Of a stretch of DNA of 64,000 nucleotides, positions 46,787 to 53,792 are shown in pieces. The translations under genes were made by a program, and so were the position numbers. Position 1 is the first letter of the stretch. Every line of letters begins with the position of its first letter. This stretch comes from Vicinamibacterales bacterium (GTDB lineage: Bacteria > Acidobacteriota > Vicinamibacteria > Vicinamibacterales > 2-12-FULL-66-21), in assembly GCA_035495955.1 (NCBI GenBank), contig DATJFE010000070.1:29332-93331 (forward strand), given 5' to 3'. Under the pieces are notes generated by a model. That model saw only the letters and a list, made by a program, of their open reading frames with translations. It did no database searches and was not told where the DNA came from.

Positions 46787-48092
46787 TCCGCATCGACCGC
46801 CGCAGCATCGGGACGCCGGCGGCGCTGAACCACGTGACGCCTTCCTCGACCAGATCCACCGCGAGCGTGTAGCGTCCGGGCCGATCGGGCGCGGTGACGC
46901 GCAGCGTCATGACGCAATCCATACCGGGCTGAACGGGCCGCGGCAGCGGCGTTCGCGTCCCGTCCTGCACGGCGATCCCGCCGCGCGCGTCCAGCCAATG
47001 ATAGCTCGCGAAGACGGGCGCCGCGCCGGCGCTGTCGAGCGTGCGCCAGCTTCGATTCCGCAGCGTCAGCTCGCAGAGCAGCATCGCGCCGGTCTCGGCG
47101 CCGGTCGGGGCTTCCAATCCTGTGTACTCGACGTCGTACCCGCCGGCGATCGGCGGCGGGTCGCCGAGACGCCGCAGCGGCGCGGGTTGCCGGAGGCGAT
47201 CGGGCGCGCCGCGCTCGGCGTAAATGATCCAATGCTTGGCGTGCAGATCGAGATCGCGGGCGCGCAGCGCCTCCTCGATCGAGACGAGCGCATCGTACGT
47301 CGTCCGCCCGAACGTCTCGCGGAGCGGCGGCCGGCCGTACGGATCGGGAGGGTAACGATCGAATCCCGCGATCGTCCCGGCGACGTCGAGTCCGAAACCG
47401 GCGAAGAACCGCCTGAAGTCGTCGAGGGGATAGCGGTGCTCGACGGCGCGGCCGGCGGGGGACGCCTCCGCCGCCCGCTCGGCGGCAGGGGCGCGCTCGC
47501 CGATCTCCCAGAGCAGCCGCGCGCGGATGTCGTCGAGCGCGCCGGCGATCCAATCGAGGTCGAGCGTCCGCTGCCAGCCGCCGGTCCAGGTGCCGGCGGG
47601 CTCGACCAGCAGAAACCGATCGACGCCGCTCGCGCGGACGAAGGCCGCGGGATCGAGCAGATGATGAAAGGCGTCGAACATCAGCACGATGTCGGCCCCG
47701 CCGGCCGCGCCTGGGCGCGCGATGTCGCCTGCCTCGAACGCGACGTTGTGCACGCCGAGCGCCGCCGCGTGCGCGCGGGCGCGCTCGATGGCGGCGGGGC
47801 TGTGATCGATTCCGGTGAAGCGGATCCCGGGATGCCGGCGCGCCAGCTCGCAGGTGATTTCACCGGGCCCGCAGCCGAGATCCGCCGCGCGGGCCGCGCC
47901 GCGCAGGCGTTCGGAGGCCAGATCGGCGAAGCGGCGGATCGTGGTGTATCCGGGATACGCGAATGTGAACGGGTCGTAGTGCTGCGGAGAGAAAAGCGCG
48001 TCGTGAAAATCGCGGTCGGCGTCGGCCGACCACCGGGATGCCCGCCAGCGGGCCCGGCGCAGCAGCGCGCCGAGGCGCGGACGCGGCGGCAC
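46764..48092 (-). CDS. Class I SAM-dependent methyltransferase with extended C-terminal domains
   Basis: The SAM motif is ADLGCGPGEITCEL...GIDHSP...VLMFDAFHH. No in-frame ATG lies upstream of the motif. A GTG at 48092, 1 nt after the stop of the small upstream ORF, is proposed as the start. Confidence 0.7.
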   Translation of the reverse strand: MPPRPRLGALLRRARWRASRWSADADRDFHDALFSPQHYDPFTFAYPGYTTIRRFADLASERLRGAARAADLGCGPGEITCELARRHPGIRFTGIDHSPAAIERARAHAAALGVHNVAFEAGDIARPGAAGGADIVLMFDAFHHLLDPAAFVRASGVDRFLLVEPAGTWTGGWQRTLDLDWIAGALDDIRARLLWEIGERAPAAERAAEASPAGRAVEHRYPLDDFRRFFAGFGLDVAGTIAGFDRYPPDPYGRPPLRETFGRTTYDALVSIEEALRARDLDLHAKHWIIYAERGAPDRLRQPAPLRRLGDPPPIAGGYDVEYTGLEAPTGAETGAMLLCELTLRNRSWRTLDSAGAAPVFASYHWLDARGGIAVQDGTRTPLPRPVQPGMDCVMTLRVTAPDRPGRYTLAVDLVEEGVTWFSAAGVPMLRRSMRISSPSRR

Positions 48093-48093
48093 C

Positions 48094-48306
48094 TCAGCCT
48101 TCTTCGTCGGTCTCGATCTGCCAGTCGGCGAGAGGCTGCGGCCCCGGTCGGATATCGGCGATGTCGGGATCGACCCCTGCGGGAAGGTCGGGGCGCTCGG
48201 CGCCGCGCTTTCGATCGGCCAGCCGCGCGGCCTTGTCGTTTCGCTTGGCGATCCGCGCCTGCTCGCGCTGCCGCTTGTTCGTGGTGGGTCGTGATCGATG
48301 TGCCAT
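48094..48306 (-). CDS. 70-aa basic/acidic bipartite small protein (hypothetical)
   Basis: The N-terminus is MAHRSRPTTNKRQREQARIAKRNDKAARLADRKRG. The tail is acidic (DWQIETDEEG). A strong SD (ggaggagag) sits upstream of the ATG. The ORF is coupled to the downstream MTase. Confidence 0.5.
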   Translation of the reverse strand: MAHRSRPTTNKRQREQARIAKRNDKAARLADRKRGAERPDLPAGVDPDIADIRPGPQPLADWQIETDEEG

Positions 48307-48462
48307 GGTTTCTCTCCTCCCGCCGCGCTCCGGCGGGGGAACGTCCGGAACTGTATGCGCGTCAATATGATACTGCACCAGGCGCGCGGCGGAAAAGACG
48401 GCCGACGTGATCAGCGTTGTGTCGAACGACGGGAGCCAATCGGCACATCGTGTAGGCTGCGC

Positions 48463-50337
48463 ATGATGCACGGAGCTTCTCTCGTCGTCCGTCTGCTATT
48501 CATCGGCAACAGCCTCACGGCCGCCAACAATCTGCCCGCCACGATTGAGGCGATGGGCCGCGCCTCGGGCGTCGACGTCGAGTGCGCGGCGATCGCGAAG
48601 CCCAATTTCAGCCTCGAGGATCATTGGGCCAACGGCGAAGCGCGCCGCGCCATCGCGCGGGGCGGATGGTCGTACGTCGTCCTACAGCAGGGTCCGTCGG
48701 CGCTGCCCGAATCTCGAGCGCTGCTGAACGACTACGTCCGTCGATTCGACGGAGAGATCCGCCGCGCGGGCGCGAGGACGGCGATCTTCATGGCGTGGCC
48801 GGCGACGTCGCGGCGCGCGGATTTCGATGCGGTCAGCGCGTCGTACGCCGGCGCGGCGAATCTCGTCGGCGGCGTCCTGCTGCCGGTCGGCGATGCCTGG
48901 CGTGCCGCGTGGGCCCGCGATCCCGCGCTGGCGTTGTATGGCGCCGACGGATTCCATCCGTCCCGCTCGGGCAGCTATCTGGCGGCGCTCGTGATCTTCC
49001 GGACCCTCATCGGACGGCTTCCAGCGGATCGTCCGTCGGAAGGCGTTGCGGCCGCGGATTCGACGCTGCTGCGTTCGGTGGCGGCGCAGGGATCGCGCGA
49101 CCGTCTTTTCGTCGAGGACGTGCGGGTGATTCGCGAGTGGGACGGCGACGCCGCCGGCGATCAGTTCGGATGGATCGCGCGCAACGCGGGCGACGTCGAC
49201 GGCGACGGCATTCCCGACGTGGTCACATCCGCGCCGACGGCGCGATCGAAGTCCGGATTGGAGAAGGCCGGACGCGTGTATGTGTTTTCGACGAAGACCG
49301 GCAAGCTGCTGTGGACGGCGGAGGGCGGCGCAGCCGGCGATCAGCTCGGGAGCGGCGTCGAGGCGGCGGGCGATACGAACAAGGATGGCATCCCCGATGT
49401 CATTGCGAGCGCGCCGGGGGGCGGCTACGCGAACGTCTATTCGGGCCGTGACGGCCGCCTGCTCCTCACGCTTCGCGGGGAAAAGGCGGGAGACAATTTC
49501 GGGATGCACGCCGCGGGCGCCGGCGACGTGAATCACGACGGCTATGCGGACCTGATCGTCGGCGCGCCGACCAACGGCGCGGCAGGAGCGGCCGCCGGGC
49601 GCGCGTACGTCTTTTCCGGGAAGGACGGCAGCGTTCTCCTCACGCTGTCCGGCGAGCGCGAGGGCGATCGCTTCGGCAACGCCGTCGCGGGCTTCGCCGA
49701 TCGTACGCGCACGCTTCTCATCGTCGGCGCGCCGCGGGGCGGCTCGAAGCACACCGGCCGCGCCTATATCTATGACGCGCTGGCGACACACCCGAAGTTC
49801 GTCATCGATGCGGACGAAACGGGGGCGGCGCTCGGCGGCATGTTCCTCTCCGTCCCCGGCGACATGGACGGCGACGGCGTGCCCGACGTGTACGTGTCGG
49901 ACTGGCGGAACAACGCGAAGGGACCGTCCACCGGACGCGTCTACGTTCACTCGGGCGCGGACGGCCGTCGGATCTTCACGCTCACCGGCGAGACGGCGGG
50001 TGAAGGCTTCGGGACCAGTCCGTCGGTCGCCGGCGACGTCGACGGAGACGGCCGCCCCGATCTCATCGTCGGCGCGTGGCAATACAGCGGCGGCGCAAAG
50101 GGCGCGGGCCGCGCGTACCTGTATTCAGGCAAATCCGGGCGGCTGCTGAAGACCTACACGTCCCGGATCGCGGGCGACGCGTTCGGGTTCGATGCCGTCT
50201 CGCTGGGGGATCTCGACGGCGATGGCACGATCGACTTGCTGATCACGGCCGCCTGGAGCGGCGTCCACGGCGAGCACTCGGGACGCATCTTCATCATCTC
50301 GAGCGGGATCGATCGTCACGCCGCGCCTCCGCGGTAA
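48463..50337 (+). CDS. SGNH-hydrolase-like domain fused to FG-GAP/VCBS (integrin-alpha-type) repeats
   Basis: The N-terminus is LLFIGNSLTAANNLP...DGFHPSRSGSYLAA. At least 7 repeats of the type D(V/T/M)(D/N)(G/K/H)DG(I/V/Y)(P/A)D(V/L)(I/V) carry FG/GD motifs. Confidence 0.75.
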   Translation: MMHGASLVVRLLFIGNSLTAANNLPATIEAMGRASGVDVECAAIAKPNFSLEDHWANGEARRAIARGGWSYVVLQQGPSALPESRALLNDYVRRFDGEIRRAGARTAIFMAWPATSRRADFDAVSASYAGAANLVGGVLLPVGDAWRAAWARDPALALYGADGFHPSRSGSYLAALVIFRTLIGRLPADRPSEGVAAADSTLLRSVAAQGSRDRLFVEDVRVIREWDGDAAGDQFGWIARNAGDVDGDGIPDVVTSAPTARSKSGLEKAGRVYVFSTKTGKLLWTAEGGAAGDQLGSGVEAAGDTNKDGIPDVIASAPGGGYANVYSGRDGRLLLTLRGEKAGDNFGMHAAGAGDVNHDGYADLIVGAPTNGAAGAAAGRAYVFSGKDGSVLLTLSGEREGDRFGNAVAGFADRTRTLLIVGAPRGGSKHTGRAYIYDALATHPKFVIDADETGAALGGMFLSVPGDMDGDGVPDVYVSDWRNNAKGPSTGRVYVHSGADGRRIFTLTGETAGEGFGTSPSVAGDVDGDGRPDLIVGAWQYSGGAKGAGRAYLYSGKSGRLLKTYTSRIAGDAFGFDAVSLGDLDGDGTIDLLITAAWSGVHGEHSGRIFIISSGIDRHAAPPR

Positions 50338-50521
50338 CAGCCGCGCTTCCTGAAATCGAGTCCGTAAAATCGTCCATTTCCTTTTGACACCCGGACAGCA
50401 CAGCCCTGCGAAAACTCGCGCCGTCGCGATGGTCTCCGATGGCATCACCCTTGCCGCTCTTGATCGCGTCGTCTCTGACGTCGCTCACAAATCAACCACA
50501 TCCATTGCTGGAAGGTGACAC

Positions 50522-51100
50522 GTGCGTCTGAATGGAAGACTTGCGCGAATTCAAACAGCCGCGCTGCTCGTCGCGTTCGCCGTGCCCTCGCCTGTATGGG
50601 CTCGGCCGAGCGTCGACCTCTCCAGTATCCGAATCGACAATTTCGGCCAGGTGAACGACCACTACTATCGTGGCGCCCAGCCGCAGGGCCACGACTACGC
50701 TGACCTGGCTGCGCTCGGCGTCAAGACGATTATCGATCTCACGAAAGACGGCGATCCCGCGGAGGCATCGCTCGCGCGCGCGGCCGGAATGCATTTCTTC
50801 CGCATTCCGATGACGACCCACGAGCGGCCGTCGGTGGAAGCGATCGCGCAGTTCCTGAGTCTCGTCAACAATCCGGCGAACGCGCCCGTCTACGTGCACT
50901 GTCAGGGCGGACGCCATCGCACGGGCGTGATGACCGCGATTTACCGGATGACGGATGATGGCTGGACGCCGGATCGCGCCTTCGCGGAGATGAAGCAGTA
51001 CAAGTTCGGCGCCGACTATCTGCATCGCGAGTTCAAGGAATTCGTGTACGGGTTTCACCCGTCCGCGGGCGCGGTGGCGGCGGGCCCCGGTAGCCGCTGA
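50522..51100 (+). CDS. Secreted dual-specificity/tyrosine phosphatase family protein
   Basis: It has a signal-like N-terminus and the P-loop VHCQGGRHRTG (HCX5R). The start is GTG. Confidence 0.75.
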   Translation: MRLNGRLARIQTAALLVAFAVPSPVWARPSVDLSSIRIDNFGQVNDHYYRGAQPQGHDYADLAALGVKTIIDLTKDGDPAEASLARAAGMHFFRIPMTTHERPSVEAIAQFLSLVNNPANAPVYVHCQGGRHRTGVMTAIYRMTDDGWTPDRAFAEMKQYKFGADYLHREFKEFVYGFHPSAGAVAAGPGSR

Positions 51101-51180
51101 TCATTTTCCGGCTCGCCGCCGAACTCGTCGGTTGCGCAGTTTCCCGGTGTGCCGCTTGCAAGCAAGTACGATTTGGAGGA

Positions 51181-51579
51181 ATGCACATGAGACTCATACT
51201 CAGCACTATGCTTGCCGCCGCGCTTGCGGTGACGCTCTCGGCGGCGCGGACCGACGCGGCCTCGAAGCCTCATCAGAAAAAGGCCGCGGCAGCCCATTCG
51301 ATGACCGGCTGTCTCGCCAAAGGCGATGAGGCCAACACCTACAAGCTGACGAACGTCGCGGGCAAGGGCCCGAAAACCGTCGAGCTGATCGAGGCGCCGT
51401 CGACCATCGACCTGAACGCGCACGTGGGCCACAAAGTGACCATCACGGGCACGACCGTAAGTCCCAAAGCCGCCGCGAAGGCGGAAGGGACAACGGGGAA
51501 GGCGAACGTGAAGGGGGAAGCGACCGAGCACCACATGAAGGTCACTGGCCTCAAGATGGTGTCGGAATCCTGCTCCTAG
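51181..51579 (+). CDS. Small secreted protein (hypothetical)
   Basis: 132 aa. An SD (ggagga) precedes the ATG. It has a signal peptide (MLAAALAVTLSAARTDAA) and two Cys residues, one near each end of the mature part. Confidence 0.6.
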   Translation: MHMRLILSTMLAAALAVTLSAARTDAASKPHQKKAAAAHSMTGCLAKGDEANTYKLTNVAGKGPKTVELIEAPSTIDLNAHVGHKVTITGTTVSPKAAAKAEGTTGKANVKGEATEHHMKVTGLKMVSESCS

Positions 51580-51596
51580 CGGTGACAGTCTGAAGG

Positions 51597-51619
51597 CCGG
51601 GCGGGGATTCCCCGTCCGG
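51597..51619 (+). terminator. GC-rich hairpin after the small secreted protein gene (possible terminator, no U-tract)
   Basis: Sequence ccgggcgggg-att-ccccgtccgg forms a 10-bp stem with one G-T pair. It lies 18 nt after the stop codon. Confidence 0.35.
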
Positions 51620-51660
51620 CGCGTTGCGCCCGGCTGAGGCCGCTCTTAGAATCCACCGGA

Positions 51661-52971
51661 GTGGTGACAGCCCCCGCGACGCTCTCCGAGCGCGAGCATC
51701 GACGACACCTCCGGCGGGCGGTCCTGGCGAGCACGATCGGCACCGCGATCGAGTGGTACGACTTCTTCCTGTACGGCACGGTCACCGGCCTCGTCTTCGC
51801 GCGGCTGTATTTCCCCCATTCGGATCCGCTCGTCGGCACGCTCGAAGCGTTCGGCGTCTATGCGGTCGGCTTCGTCGCGCGGCCGATCGGCGCGGCGATC
51901 TTCGGGCACTACGGCGATCGTCTGGGCAGGAAGTCCGCGCTCATTGCGACGCTTCTGCTGATGGGCGTCGCCACGTTTCTCGTGGCGCTCGTGCCCGCCT
52001 ACCAGCGCATCGGCATCTGGGGCGCGGTCATCCTCACCGTGCTGCGTTTCGTCCAGGGCATCGGCGTCGGCGGCGAGTGGGGCGGGTCGGTCCTGCTGTC
52101 CATGGAATGGGCGCGGTCGAATCGTCATCGCGGTTTCATCGCGTCGTGGCCGCAGTTCGGCGTGCCGGCGGGGTTGTTTCTGTCGAATCTCGCGGTGCTG
52201 GGATCCAGCGCGATCTCGGGCGATCGTTTTCTGGAGTGGGGCTGGCGCGTGCCCTTTCTGCTCAGCGCCTTCCTGATCGCACTCGGCCTCTACATCCGCC
52301 TCGGCATTCTCGAAACGCCTGTCTTTGCGCGCCTGGTCGCGGAAAAGCGGATCGAGCGCGCGCCCGTCCTGGAAGTGATTCGGCGTCAACCGAAAGAGAT
52401 CGTGCTCACGGCGCTCTGCCGGATGGGCGAGCAGGCGCCGTTCTACGTGTCGACCGCGTTCGTGTTCGCGTACGGGACCGGTACGCTGCACATCGCGCGG
52501 AACTTTCTTCTGGGCGCCGTGCTGACCGCGACCGTCATCTCGTTTGCCGCGATCCCATTCTTCGGCCATCTGTCGGATCGGTTCGGCCGGAAGCGCGTCT
52601 ACACGCTCGGCGCGGCGGTGACGGGCCTGTATTTCTTCGCCTACTTCGCCATGCTCGACACGAGGACGCCGGCCCTCGTCTTCCTGGCGATCGCGCTGTC
52701 GCTGATTCCGCACGACATGATGTACGGGCCGCAGGCGGCGCTGATCGCGGAGTCGTTCGCCGGGCGGCTGCGCTACAGCGGCGCGTCGCTCGGGTATCAG
52801 CTCTCGTCGATCATCGCGGGCGGGCCGGCGCCGATCGTCGCGACGTGGCTGCTGGCGAGAGATCGGTCGGGAATGACAATCGCCGTCTTCGTCCTTGGAT
52901 GCGCCCTCGTCAGCATCGCCGCGACCGCGATGCTGACCGATTACACCAATAAGGACGTGCGTCCGGACTGA
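51661..52971 (+). CDS. MFS transporter, metabolite:H+ symporter (MHS) family
   Basis: 436 aa with about 12 helices. AIEWYDFFLYG and GHYGDRLGRK are MHS hallmarks. Confidence 0.9.
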   Translation: MVTAPATLSEREHRRHLRRAVLASTIGTAIEWYDFFLYGTVTGLVFARLYFPHSDPLVGTLEAFGVYAVGFVARPIGAAIFGHYGDRLGRKSALIATLLLMGVATFLVALVPAYQRIGIWGAVILTVLRFVQGIGVGGEWGGSVLLSMEWARSNRHRGFIASWPQFGVPAGLFLSNLAVLGSSAISGDRFLEWGWRVPFLLSAFLIALGLYIRLGILETPVFARLVAEKRIERAPVLEVIRRQPKEIVLTALCRMGEQAPFYVSTAFVFAYGTGTLHIARNFLLGAVLTATVISFAAIPFFGHLSDRFGRKRVYTLGAAVTGLYFFAYFAMLDTRTPALVFLAIALSLIPHDMMYGPQAALIAESFAGRLRYSGASLGYQLSSIIAGGPAPIVATWLLARDRSGMTIAVFVLGCALVSIAATAMLTDYTNKDVRPD

Positions 52972-52984
52972 GCGCCGTCTGCCC

Positions 52985-53014
52985 TTGACCCTCGTCCCGG
53001 TTCGTGCATAGAAT
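52985..53014 (+). promoter_or_regulatory. Sigma-70-like promoter candidate (TTGACC-N18-TAGAAT) upstream of the ACIII-like operon
   Basis: The hexamers are read directly, about 135 nt upstream of the first gene. Confidence 0.35.
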
Positions 53015-53032
53015 CGCGGCCTCGATCGACGG

Positions 53033-53063
53033 GAATTTTTTGATCGTTCCCAGGGAAAAATTC
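53033..53063. promoter_or_regulatory. AT-rich inverted repeat GAATTTTT-N15-AAAAATTC in the leader of the ACIII-like operon
   Basis: Read directly. The T6 and A5 runs are highly unusual in this GC-rich window. Confidence 0.25.
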
Positions 53064-53147
53064 GTTGGGGCGCGAGGATGTGGCACCACGACTCCGTCGC
53101 GGACTCACGGCTTGGGCAACTGTCCTCGGCGCCCCGGAGTCTAGCCA

Positions 53148-53792
53148 TTGGCCCAGATCTTCCCGCCGTGGTGGAACAAGCTGCCGATCGCGGCCGCCAT
53201 CGCGGGCAGCCTCGGTCCGGCGCTCGCTGTCGCGGGGGTCTGGTACTATTTTTCGCCGTGGTACACGGACGTGGGCTACCGCCCCGTCCAGCCCGTCCCT
53301 TACAGTCATAGGCTCCACGTCGGCGAGCTCGGTCTCGATTGCCGCTATTGCCACGCCTCGGTCGAAACCTCCGCGGTCGCGAACATTCCGCCGACGCGGA
53401 CCTGCATGAACTGCCATCAGTTCGTGAAGAAGGACAGCGAGGCCCTCGCACCGATTCGGGCCAGCGCCCAGAGCGGCCGGCCGATGCGGTGGATTCGCGT
53501 CCACAAGCTTCCCGACTACGCCTATTTCACTCACAAGGCGCACGTAGCGGCCGGCATCGGCTGCGTCACCTGTCACGGCCGCATCGACGAAATGGAGACG
53601 GTCACGCAGATGACGCCTCTCAGCATGAGCTGGTGCCTCGACTGCCACCGCAACCCCGGTCCCAACAGGCGCCCCGTCTCGGAAGTCACGAACATGAAAT
53701 GGACGCCTCCCCGGGACGCCCAGGCGCGCGCCGCGCTCGATCGCGAGCGGCCCGTCAATCCGCCGACTGACTGTTCAGGGTGCCATCGGTGA
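53148..53792 (+). CDS. Pentaheme c-type cytochrome, Alternative Complex III ActA-like
   Basis: 214 aa. The TTG start follows an SD (ggag) and immediately follows an in-frame stop. It has an N-terminal anchor helix. Five CXXCH motifs are present (CRYCH, CMNCH, CVTCH, CLDCH, CSGCH). Confidence 0.85.
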   Translation: MAQIFPPWWNKLPIAAAIAGSLGPALAVAGVWYYFSPWYTDVGYRPVQPVPYSHRLHVGELGLDCRYCHASVETSAVANIPPTRTCMNCHQFVKKDSEALAPIRASAQSGRPMRWIRVHKLPDYAYFTHKAHVAAGIGCVTCHGRIDEMETVTQMTPLSMSWCLDCHRNPGPNRRPVSEVTNMKWTPPRDAQARAALDRERPVNPPTDCSGCHR

